Below, piece after piece: positions 24,950 through 37,100 of a stretch of 64,000 nucleotides of DNA. A program made the translations under genes and the position numbers. Under the pieces are notes generated by a model. The model did no database searches. It worked only from the letters and a program-made list of their open reading frames with translations, and was not told where the DNA came from. Origin of the DNA: Paragordius varius. Lineage: Eukaryota > Animalia > Nematomorpha. Position 1 is the stretch's first letter, and each line of letters starts with the position of its first letter. The stretch is taken from contig OZ176052.1 of NCBI GenBank assembly GCA_964247055.1, positions 7,378,001 through 7,442,000 on the forward strand, in the 5' to 3' direction.

Positions 24950-25813
24950 CTTCTGGAAATATTTCATCGTGGAAATGCTTCCATGTTTTTTAAATAACTT
25001 TTCTAGAGATAGAAATGGAGTATTTAAAAGCGTTTTAACTTATCTTATGCCAAATATTCAATTAATCATCATAGTAGGTAGAAATCCAATGCTTTGGTTT
25101 AAGCATTTAAATGTCTTAATAGTTTAATTCCCTAAATCTGCCCATGTACATTGCAAACTATTTACCTATAATAAAGCTTTGTTAAAACTTCGATTGAAAT
25201 TGAGATATCTAAATACCACAGAGTATATTTGATATTTTTAAAAAACTAGTGAAAGAAACATCTGCCACAAATATAATTAGCCGTAATATCTAAAGAAAAT
25301 TTGAAAAATTATAATATCAAACTACTCCGACGTCATTTTTTACAACATCTTAGCTAAAATCCTGTATCAAGAATTAAAGCTCTTTTTAATTTAAATCATA
25401 TCTAACATTGTTAACAATTTAAAAAGGGGTTAATTTTGTATTGTTTTAAATATAACTATCTTGACTAAATTTTTACGTTTGGATTTTACCTTAAAATAAG
25501 TATTATCAAGTATTTGTTGAATAAATTTTTCGGTTATTAATGTATCAAATATGCAAACTTTTGCCATGGTTTCAATTCCATCCATATTTTTTGAAGATTC
25601 TATTTTAAACAGACTTGGGGTATCCAAACTACCCCAATTTGAATCGAAGAAGTGAAATGAATATGTTGTATCCCAAGTATTAAAGGAACTATGCCGTATC
25701 AAATAATGATCTAAAGTAAACTTTATTTTTTTAATACCGGTCGTGTCTAAATTACTACTGATGATGTAATTTTGGGAGTCAATGTTGAAGCGAATAATAT
25801 TTTTGTAGGGCAT
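24950..25813 (-). pseudogene. Copy B of unidentified coding family: intact 127-aa ORF (25430-25813) followed by stop-riddled coding-like sequence
   Basis: ORF contains SFHFFDSNWGSLDT...GIETMAKVCIF...LDNTYFKVKSKRKNL. Downstream sequence (e.g. KNIKYTLWYLDISISIEVL) is shared with copies A and D but carries many stops. Confidence 0.6.
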
Positions 25814-25959
25814 ATTCTATTTTAATTTTTTTACCCACATTTAGTTGTTGTGATTAGCCCTCTTATGGTCGAGTATTTATCCCGGGTCAGCGTGGCAGTT
25901 TATGGATAAATATGGTCGTAAGATGGGGTATATCTGTTGATCTTATTCTAAAGAGTTAA

Positions 25960-26200
25960 ATATTCATAAGTTGTTTATAATGCCTTAAAATATCAGTTGA
26001 TTAAATTTTTACGTTGACTTTTATCCAAAAAATATGTAATATCAAGTTTTTTAAAATCCATTTCTATTTCGGTATCAATGTTATATAATGCAAACATTTG
26101 TTATGGCTTCATCTGATCTATATTTTTAGAAATAATTGATTCTTAATAGGGGGACCCCATCCCAATTTAAATCGAAGGACAAATAAATATGTGAAGACAA
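25960..26200 (-). pseudogene. Copy C of unidentified coding family (degenerate, tandem to B)
   Basis: SFDLNW, AITNVCI and LDITYFLDKSQRKNLIN align with FFDSNW, TMAKVCI and LDNTYFKVKSKRKNLVK; stops and a frameshift. Confidence 0.55.
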
Positions 26201-26604
26201 CCAAATAAACTAAAGATGTTACCTTTCGTAGAAATCAGACATTTCCCTAAAACTTCGAAGAGTAGGGGCTATCTTTACGTTTTACCCTTGGTAATAAATT
26301 TTTTTATATATCTAATACGAATTTATTATTTATATTTATATAATACTAAAAAGCATGTATTTATATAGCTAGACTCTATTTAAACCCAAACTCCGAGTGC
26401 GACGTCTCGCTCTGATTCTAAGCATTGGGAGCGGTTAAGGAATTTTCAGATTGTAAAACAGAAGATTATTGAGGCTACAACCTTATATATGATATAATTT
26501 AAAAGTATAAAACGTTTTAATTTTTAACATTTTTTGTTAAATTTACCATATGCGTATAAAATATTATACGGTGACTTTTTAAAATTTTTACATTTAAAAT
26601 TCAA

Positions 26605-29600
26605 ATGAAGTATTCTATATCAATCGCTGATTATATTATTTTAATATTCTTTCTCATCATATCATGTTCTATTGGGATTGTTTATGCCATCAAAGACAGA
26701 AAAAAAACTAAATTAGACCATGCCTTTGTTGGTAATCGGTATTGCTTAAAATTATTTTAGGAAATTTAAACTTTTTCCAATCGCTTGTTCACTACTTGTC
26801 ACACAAATTTCAGCGATTCTTTTACTTGGAATGCCAGCGGAGTTTTATACTAGAGGTGCTCAATATTGGGTCTATATTATTGGGCAATGGTTGGGGGTAG
26901 TCGTTGCTCTATATATATTTATTCCAGTATTTTGTAATGTTGGGTCTCCGTCGTCTTTTACAGTATTATGATAATTTTATAAATAGTATATTCAAAAACG
27001 TTTTAAATCACCGATTTTAAGGAGTTACTATGCATTGACTTTTATGTTGACTCAAGTATTATTGTCACTTTATTAAATGCTATTTAGCTACTATACGCAT
27101 CTGTTGTTTTATTTGCTCCATGCTTAGCAATCAGTTTAAGTAATTTCATTTTTTTATATAAATTTATTTTGACAGTTGTACCCATTCCTATTACGAAACT
27201 TATATTAATCATTGGAGGAGTTTGTACTTTTTACACATCTATCGTAAGTTTTTTTCATCATATCTCTCTCTAATATATCATGCGACAATTTAACCCTAAA
27301 GCCATATTAACATTAAATTATAATAGATATATACAATAACCACGCTTTCATACATTATGAATTTTAAATGTACTATAATATATGTAAGATATCTGCTAAA
27401 TGTGGCATTAAGTTGTACAAAATTATAAATTTATAACAAGAAATTTTAAATATTCGGGATATATTAATATTGAAACCTTTTATAATTTGGGAGCTAAAGG
27501 TATTTTAGTTTGGTTTTTTTATCAAATTAGCTCTTATTTTTTACATAAAGGAAGTTTTTATTTGTTATTATGCTAGAAATTGCTTTAATATTTCGATTGA
27601 AATTGGGGTGTTTAAATACCCCAGACTATTATAAGATGTATATTTTTTAAAATAACTTCAGACAGAAACGGTTCCAATTTCTATTGCTTCTATCCTAATA
27701 AAAATTATAAAAACGCCGAAATATCCAACTAATATTTAGTAAAATACCATATCAAACTACTTCGACGCCATTTTTATTTTACAAAATTTTTGCAAATTAT
27801 CGTTTATTTAATTTTGAAGTCAAAATTAAAACTAATTCTTTGTTTAAAACATATTAAACATTGATAGAAACAGTAAAAGTGGTTTATTTTGTATTATTTT
27901 CAAATTTAGCTAATTCGCACGTGTCATGTTCACTAAGTTTTACCTCTGGGTTTTACCTTAAAATAAGTATTATTATATATTTTTGAAAGAATTTTTTTAT
28001 ATTTCGGTTTATTCATGGTTATATAAGTGCAAACTTTTGCCATGGTTTCAATTCCTTCCATATTTTTTGAAGTAATTAATTTTAAACAGGCCTGTGTATC
28101 CAAATAACCCAATTTGAATCGAAGGACTGAAATGAATGTGTTGTAACCACGTTAAACTCAAATATTAAAAACTTTAATGAAAAGGCTCATGATTAAAAAT
28201 AAAATTAGCGTTTTTGAAGCGAAAAATAATAATTATATTTAATTTTAAATTTTAATATTTCATATAGCAGTTAAATATAATTTAAACTTTTTATAATAAA
28301 TAACCCTTGGCAAATGTATATTCCTGATTACAATAATGTATTCATTTATATATTTTAAAAACAGTATATTTTGGTCAATTTACATTTATTGTTGGCCAAT
28401 TAGTAATACAGTAGCGTATAATATAAAGCAAATTTTATCCATATTTAATGTTTTAAGATAAAAAAAATTGTAGTTTCAACCATTTGTTGATATTCATACA
28501 CTACTGTATTGCTAATTGGGCAAAAATAATATGAATGAATTTCCTAACAAAAATTTTGATTTAACGTAATTTTAGTCCTTAAAATCTGCTTTGGCCACTT
28601 CAAAAGTTTTTAAATTAATTACCAAGTTATTAATGTTTTTATCTATAAATTTGGGATAAGAAATATAAATCTACAACGTTTAAAGAAGTTCAAAGTAAAA
28701 AATCTATTGTTTTTAATATGCTTTAAGTACTGCTTACCCTAATGTACGGTAATATTTTATATTGTTAGTTCGATTAATAGATTTATTTATTTATTTTACC
28801 CTTATATATTTTAATATTTTCATATTTGGGTTGTATAAAATTTTATGAGTACACTGTCCAATATAATTAATTTATACGATACGATAGCTAAATGGATCAT
28901 TTTGTAGGGTGGATTCAAAACTGTTATATTTACCGATGTGTTTCAATTCCTCATCATATTTATTTCCATCATCATCCTAATGATCAAAGTACATATTTTT
29001 TTATATAACCTCTTTTCTCCAAAATGTTACAAAATATCCATTTAAAGGCAAAACATAAAGGGTAAAAAACTATATTATTGTTACAATGTAAGAAAATAAA
29101 TTTTGATTATTGATATTTAGTTATTTCTACCTAAGATTTCTGTCTTATCAATATATATCTTTCTTTCTTATTTCGCAACCAAATAATGGGTTAAACGAAT
29201 GAAATTTAATTTTTTCAAAAAAAAATAATCTTTAGTTTTAATTCTAATTTCAATTTTATTGCAATTAAAGGGAGTGGGAGAAGTTGGAGGTTTATCCAAA
29301 GTTTACATGGTGGCTCGACAATTAGGACGAATGGAAAGCACATTTAAGTAACACTTTTTGTTTAACTGTACAATTTAAACAACTTTACTGCTGTTTGCTT
29401 GTTTTTGGGAAACATGTATTAACTTAAGATTTTCCTGTTTGCTATGATAAAATTGACAAACTTTAACTTTTTTTTCGCTATAATATCTGGTTAATTATGC
29501 TTTGTCAAGCAACACTTACTTTTTTAACCCTATACTACTAAAAGAAGTATATTATATGCATATAATTTTTTATGTCAATTTAAGAGTATGTGAATACCTT

Positions 29601-32261
29601 AATAAATTATAATGATGCAAATCAAATTTATACGCTGAGTATATATGCGTTTACATTAATTAATCTCAAATGGTCAATACCTTTGTGATAATTTATATTT
29701 ATCATATTTTAGTTTTGATCCTAACCCAACCATCTTTCAAAGTGTGTGGACAATATTTTTTGGGATATTTTTTCTGACTGTTCGGGCTTATGGGGTGTAT
29801 CAACCTTCTGTTCAAAGATATGTCGCTATGCCCTCCATTAAAAATGCACAAAAGTTAAATACAAATTTTAGAAAACATCCATATACTCACTGTTTATATT
29901 TCTTTAGTATGTAAAAACAGTGTTTTATTGAAAAAAAATTTAATCCAAAAATTATCGATACAATAGAAATATGATAAGATCTTAAAATGTATATTTAACA
30001 TTTTGAAGATATTTTTACAAATTTTGCGCTCTATACTAACACTTGTTAAAAATGTTCTTTACCATTACAATTTAATTCGATTGGAAAATATGCTCTTTAT
30101 AAATTTTAATTTATAGAAGTACATATATGGTATTACCTATGCAACTTTTATTGATATTTATACTTTCCTCGTTGGGGTTCATCATGTTGGCAGCTTATCA
30201 ATACTGTGATCCATTAACCCTCAAAATAATTGCCAAAAAAGATTTGGTAAAATTTATTACGCCCTTTATGATTTTATGCTAAAATCGATAAAATTATTAC
30301 ATTTCAAACACTTTTTTTAGTTTTAAGTCATGTTTATATTTAGGGCTTATAATTATCGATTATCGCTAAAATGTCCTTTTTAACCCTGTAATTAATCAGT
30401 TTTTTCGTCAATATTTTTTATACTTTTACTACGAATTGAATTAATCTTATTTGAACTATAGCTATTTACATATAAACATGACGTTATATATAAGCGCCCA
30501 TTAAAACAAATCTTTAAATATACATTTGTATTTGTAAATATTAAAAAATATTTTTTTATATTATTATGCAGTTACTTGCAATCTTCGCCCTACAATCCTT
30601 CAAAGATTTAAAAGGTCTCAACGGTTTATTCTTAGCTTGCCTTTTTAGCGGTTCACTGAGGTAAAAAAAATTAAATTTACGAATTTTTTATCCATAACTT
30701 AAATTCAAACTGAATTCACCTTTAATTTATTATTTTAACTGATTATGTCCAAAATATTTCTTTTTAATTAAAATAATTTCAAAAAATAATTAGGATATTT
30801 TTGTCAAATTTATGAAAATAAAGGTATTTTAAAAGAATATTTAAGGTTTAATTTTTCCGTATGCTTTAATATATTCTGATCCATTTTGTTTTTAAGACAC
30901 AAACAATCCATTCCAATCAAGATTTATAAAATTTTATAAAATTACTTAATTTTTAAAAATAAATGGTTAACATGAAAAAAATACACAACATATTGAATAC
31001 TTCATTTTTAAAGGAAAATATAATTTTTACCACCATATCTATATATATTATAGCACATTATCATCAAGTTTTAATTCTTTGGCCGCTGTGTGCTGGAAAG
31101 ATTTTTTGATTCCCTTAATGCCTTCAGTTATGGTGAAAGTTGGAAAAAATAAAGCATTATCCACCATACTTCCTGCTATCATAGGTTAATCTAATTTTCA
31201 AATATTCATTAATAAATAAGGATAAGGATGGGTATTATAAAAAAATGTATGAATTATAAGGTTTATTTTATTATATAATATTGATATTATTTGTTATCAA
31301 TTCCATTATAATTTTTTAGCTATGATATTTGGAATGCTTGTTATGGCTTTTGCTTTCCTAGCCCAAAATATTGAAGGAGTGTTAAATGTTTAGTTTTTTT
31401 TAATTCAAACAATATTTTTTATATATTCTTTGTTTTATAAATGCGAGTTATTCTTTTCTAACTATCAATTTATGAATAAATATAAAAAAATAGTTTTTAT
31501 AAACTTTTAATGCAATGGTAAATAATATTGTTTTATAAAAATTTATTATTAATAGCTCTACAATATATTTTGTAGGCTTCGTTAGGTGCTTTGGGTGTTT
31601 TTGGTGGGCAAGAACTTTCAATTTTTTTCTTGGGGATGTTTGTATCATGGGTCAATTATAAGGTAAGGTTACTGTAATTAATTTAGTTTTAAACTTGCGA
31701 CTACCTTTTTTATTTCACCCTCCCGAAATACAGTAAATATTTAAAATTTGTAGAAAAATGTAAAGGAATATATTAAATTATTTTAACTTTGTTTTTAATA
31801 ATAACCTATCGTATAGGGTAGCAAAATAAGGAATATGGATATTAATTGGCAACACACTCAATTATATAATAAAAATTAAATTTTATATTGCTTAAGGTTT
31901 AAAAAAGTAAAGCAGTATGTCGTCTTTATTTAAAAGTATATTTGTCTTTTGTTACCTTTTTTTATATAGTTAAATTTTAATTATATTTAGCGCTTAACAT
32001 TTTTTAAATAGATTGCATTTTGCAAAAATTTGATTTTTATATGTAATTTTCATACATTTCGCATTGAATAAAAAGGGCATGCTGGCAGGAAAATTTTGTG
32101 CCGATATTATTTGCATGCTTATCAATATGGGCTTCATGAAACATGCTAAACACATTGCACCACCTTATTTACCAATGCCCCCTCCTCAGATTTCTTCTAG
32201 TCACACAAATTTTTCAAGGTGCCTGTTTAATTTAAATCTGTGTAATATAAAATTTGAAATT

Positions 32262-32296
<35 letters not shown>

Positions 32297-33230
32297 TTGA
32301 ATTCGGATTGTTTTTATAAACTTATATTAATAAATCGAAATATGTTTTTATAAGTTTTATTTTCTGACATTTTTTGCAACACAATTTTCGCATTTAAAGG
32401 TAAAGTTTGCCTTTTTAATGCTTTAAAAATTCTCAGAATAATATATATATTAAAAAGCCAATTTTTTACATTTATTTTTATATAAATTATTTATTCACTC
32501 ACAGTGCCAATACTACATTGTTTTGTTCAGAATTGAATCGCCACATAATCAGTACTAATTTTACAATCTCACTACAAGCTTTTGCAAAGCAAAATGTGTC
32601 ACTCTCAAGTAAAATTTAGTTAAATATTAATAGCTTCAGATCTGATATAGAATATATATATATTTATTAATTTCACATAAATTAAAAATATAATAATAAT
32701 ACGGTTAAAAAATTTTTGAGTTTCATTAAAATTATTCGCACAAAATTTCGATCCATACATTACCAATTTATTCCGCTTATAAATATTTTTTATTGAATAT
32801 CAAGAGCAAATTTAAATATCGAATTAATTCGGTTAAAAGGAAAGGATTTTTTAAACATGATTCGACCACGAATTAAACTACCAGTGTTAAATATTTTTAA
32901 TATGGCGATATATTATTTTTTATTTATTTTGAATTAAAACGGAGTAATATGAAACAATATGTAGTATAATATGACGAAAAAATAATCTATTTTTTTCTTT
33001 TTTTAAAAATGATTATGTTTTTACACATATTTTTTGGCTAAATACTGATTAAATTACAAAATTTTATTTATATTTAAAAATGGTGTAACTAATTGCGATT
33101 TCGCCAAATATTTAACACTAAATTAATTTATTTTTAGCAACCTCTATAAATCCAATTGGTGATGGATTGGGTCCTTACCTCCTTTTGTAAGTTTAATTTA
33201 TACTAAAGTGTCTTTATCATATTAATTTTC

Positions 33231-33272
<42 letters not shown>

Positions 33273-33844
33273 TCATGTATTTTTAGTAAAATATATTCAA
33301 TATCATATCTGCTAATTACGCCAATCGGGTTCTTCCTATGTACACTTATAGCGCTAATTGTTAGTTGGCTTACCGGTAATGAATATTATGTTCTTTTATT
33401 GCTATGATAAATATTAATTAACATATAAGAATATTGTTACAAAAAATAATTTTTTGACAATCTTCATTTTAAACACACATCATCTCTGTTTGATGTGAAG
33501 TGTTTATTGATTCGTTAGAACATTTATTCACTTTAAATGACATATTTGCGTCATGTAAGATATTAAAAATGTTAAGTAGTTTGTAAAATTATGGATGAAA
33601 TAATTTAGAAATCATTATGTAAACCAAAGAAATTTAAGCTTGATCCCATTAACAAATATGTATAATAATCATTATTAAAAATCTTTTACCTATATCCATC
33701 CCCTAAAAATGTGATTTGAAAATTACTCTATTTGTATCCTTTAATTAAGGTTTATGTTATGTTATAATAGGTGGAACTAAAGATACCCAACTGAAATTTG
33801 ATAAAAAGCTTTTGATGCATCCATGGATTGTCAAAAATATTTGA
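26605..33844 (+). CDS. SLC5A sodium:solute symporter (SMVT/SMCT/NIS-like subfamily), multi-exon
   Basis: ATG 26605, stop TGA 33842-33844. Spliced motifs FPIACSLLVTQISAILLLGMPAEFYTRG, YIQKRF, GGFKTVIFTDVFQ, YGVYQPSVQRY, YCDPL, GLFLACLFSGSLSTLSSSFNSLAAV, KIYSISYL...IVSWLTG are typical of SLC5A5/6/8/12. Substrate not determinable. Confidence 0.9.
27450..28160 (-). pseudogene. Copy D of unidentified coding family, antisense within SLC5A intron 27244-28907
   Basis: SFQSFDSNW/..KNMEGIETMAKVCTY...NNTYFKVKPRGKT* plus downstream blocks ATCAAACTACT.CGACG.CATTTT and TTGAAATTG.G.T.T.TAAATACC.CAGA shared with 25190-25680. Confidence 0.7.
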
Positions 33845-34193
33845 TATTTTTATACATGTCAACTATGCATAATATTTATTATCTTATTTAGTAAATTGAA
33901 AAATATATTTATTTTAAGTTATGTTCCGCTAAGTGTTTTGTTGGTAATAGTGTGCGTTCATTAAAATGCATTCTTTACTTGTAGATATTATGCTTTAAAA
34001 TGTTGTCAATGGATCTCTTAACATTTCTATATCCTTACGTTTATTTTCAAATTACACTATTTATCGTGAAATTATTAGTTCATCCATTTATATTTTTATT
34101 TGTAACACATAAATAGTTTTTCGGGAATTTAAAGGTGCAAAATAAACATATAAAAACAGGAGTTTATGGCAGTCGTTTTTAGTAAACTTGATA

Positions 34194-37100
34194 TCAATAT
34201 GGTAAATCGAAATCCTCCGTAAATGGGTGACATAGTGGAAATGTTTTTGGAGCTTTAACCATTTGATCGAGCGTTCCAATCTTCAAAGCAATCGTCATTC
34301 CCCCAATCAAATGGAACCCAAGATGGCAATGGAAAAGCCAAAATCCTTGAAATACAATACAATTTTATTTAAAAATATTACTGAAGTTTTTTGTTTCTTA
34401 AATTAAAATTATTTTGGCCATAAAAATATAAAACCTGGGTTGTCAGCTTTGAATCTTATTACGCCATATCCACCCTCTGGAACAGTGAATACGTCTTTTA
34501 ATGGAGGATTTTTTACGTTTCTCTCTAACTCGCCTTTACGATCCAATTCTTTTACCTAATTATTAATTCTGATATAGATTATTTTATTAAAGTATTCGAA
34601 TAAGTAAGAAAATTTATACCATTAAATAAAACATTTATTTTACATAACCGAAATATATTTAAATCATATGAAATTTATTAGAATTTATGTTGGTTTAAAC
34701 GATTCGACGCAAAAATTTACTGCCAAAAATTTAAAAATGTTTAATTACCTCCTCCAAAGTTATGTTGTTACTGAGGCGAACTTGGCTTAATACGGCAAAT
34801 GCTGTCCCATGTAAATGAAAGGAATGAATGTTAAACCTACCATTACGTCCTAATAAGAATCATATAAATTTTGGCCGCTTTTTACATTAGTAAAACTATT
34901 ATAAGTTATGTAGGAGAGCTCAATCAATCTACCAGCAAAAATATACAGTATTTGTCCTATTTATTAATCTATTATTCCATAGCAATCACAAATAAAACCT
35001 GCCTTTATATCTAGAATTTCATTTTTTTCAAAAGATTAACAACCATACATATGTGTTTAATCATAAATCCGATTTATAAGGTATATTACACAAAAAATTG
35101 ATTAAAATATTTAAATCATTTTTTCATAATACCTTCATCTACTACCACGAATTCTATGACATCTCCAAACTGTATATCATACTTTTGAATACATTTACAT
35201 TTTTGGCTACCATTCAAACAGTGGGCATGTGTCGTTTCCACATTGCAAAACAGAGACGAGTCCACATCTTCGAATTGCGTTAATAAGGGTGCAGGGGGAG
35301 GATCAAACGTTATATTGTTAATATTTGGTGTAGCTAATGTTAAAAAAATCATAATTAAATGTTTTGCACGGAGTTTAAAATTTAACATTTATAAAAAAAT
35401 TATTAAAACTATATTTACAAAAATAATAATATTTTTATTTGATAAGGAGTGTGTTATAGGGATAATTTTTAATCATGATATAGAATTATTCTAGTATTAA
35501 AGTATAACGATATAATTTCTTTTTACACCATAAGACAATATTTATATTCAGGGAACAAAGCTAAACTCTTGGGCTAATGCCTAAATTTTTGTAACTATTA
35601 TTAGAGTATAATTAGGAAAAGTTTTAAAATCATGAATCTTATAAATTTCTGATTAAATTTAGAAACAAAATTTATTATTAAAATATATATTTGATAACAG
35701 ACTATCCACATACAAATATCTAATAACAAAGGATATCAAATACAACATATGGGCGCTTTGAATTTGGTTTCCCAGTCATAACCAATCAATTGATATATAA
35801 TATATAAATTTTAAAAGAAATTAAAAATAGTTAATAAATAAAATGTATTTCTGTATCCATGAAATATATTTGACAATCGCATGCTCAGGGCTGAGATTAA
35901 CAATGGAAAAATTGTGGGGGAACAGGATTACAATTTTGACAATGCGAATCAGTTATCCAATTTAAACAATTTGCTATTTATACTATTAACATTATATAAA
36001 ACGCAGTTAAATGAAAATTTTATAAAAATTTGAAATCTGAGAATATGTTGTAATTGAATTTATTTTTAATTTCATCAATTCTTTCGTTATTTATAAATGC
36101 TAATAATATTTTGATATATAATTAAGGTGACCAGACAGACGTCCCGCTTTAAGGTGACCAGACGTCCCGCTTTTTCACACTTTGTCCCGCGTCCCGCTAC
36201 GTTTTTAAAATGTCCCGCTTTTTCACGATTATATAAAAAAAAAATTTTTTTAATACAAATAAATTTTTTTTATCCGTTTAAATTTTTTATCATTAAATAT
36301 CTTTAAATTCTATTCAATTTTAAATTAAATTTTTTATTTTTAAATTAAAAATATTTATTTTTTTCAAATTTATATAATATGACTATACACCTACTACTAC
36401 TGTCATCATTACCAAAACCCAAGTTAATACCACAAATCTCTAGATTAAAAGACAAATTGATCGGTACCTTACACGTTTATTCCAGAAAATTAAGGTAATA
36501 TAATATTTATTATACTAATAGTAGTTAATATATATGAGCACAAAAGGAGGTTGTAAATTCAACGATGAATTAATGAAAGATTTTCCTTTTATCAAAAAAA
36601 ACGAAGAATGAATCATCTGTTAAATGTCTTATAAGCGAGGGGGAATTCACCCTAGCACATGGCGGCAAGCATGATATTACAAAGCATATGGAAACACAGA
36701 AACATAAAAATTTTTTAGATATGGCGGCATCATCTTACAAAATGAGCGATTTTTTTCGAAAAACCGCTTTTGGAGAGGAAGAAAAGAATTTGGCATTAGC
36801 TGAGGGCGTGTTATCTTTTCACGCCGTTAATCACAATCATTTCTTTAGATCTATGGACTGTACCTCACAAGTTATTCGCACGTTATTCCATAAAAAATTT
36901 ACATGTGCCCGTACAAAGGCTGAAGCCATTGTGTGCCACGTCCTTTCGCCACATGCATTTTCTGAAATACAAAAAGATTTGCTGAAAATTAATTTCTTAT
37001 CCCTATACTCTGATGCATCAAATCACCATAAACAAATTTATTTCCCACTTTAATAGGATATATTGATTCAGAAACCGGAGTAAAAACTAATTTAGATTTA

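Noticed and set aside
24950-25430. Many in-frame TAA/TAG codons in protein-like sequence, suggesting stop-codon reassignment
   Set aside because: NAA15, SLC5A and the laccase end at standard TAA/TGA and have no internal stops; paralogous copies have stops at other positions, so this is pseudogene decay.
35880-35960. Duplicated unit as a mutually exclusive laccase exon (HCQNCNP...)
   Set aside because: The frame is broken in one copy, and the laccase alignment leaves no room for such an exon.
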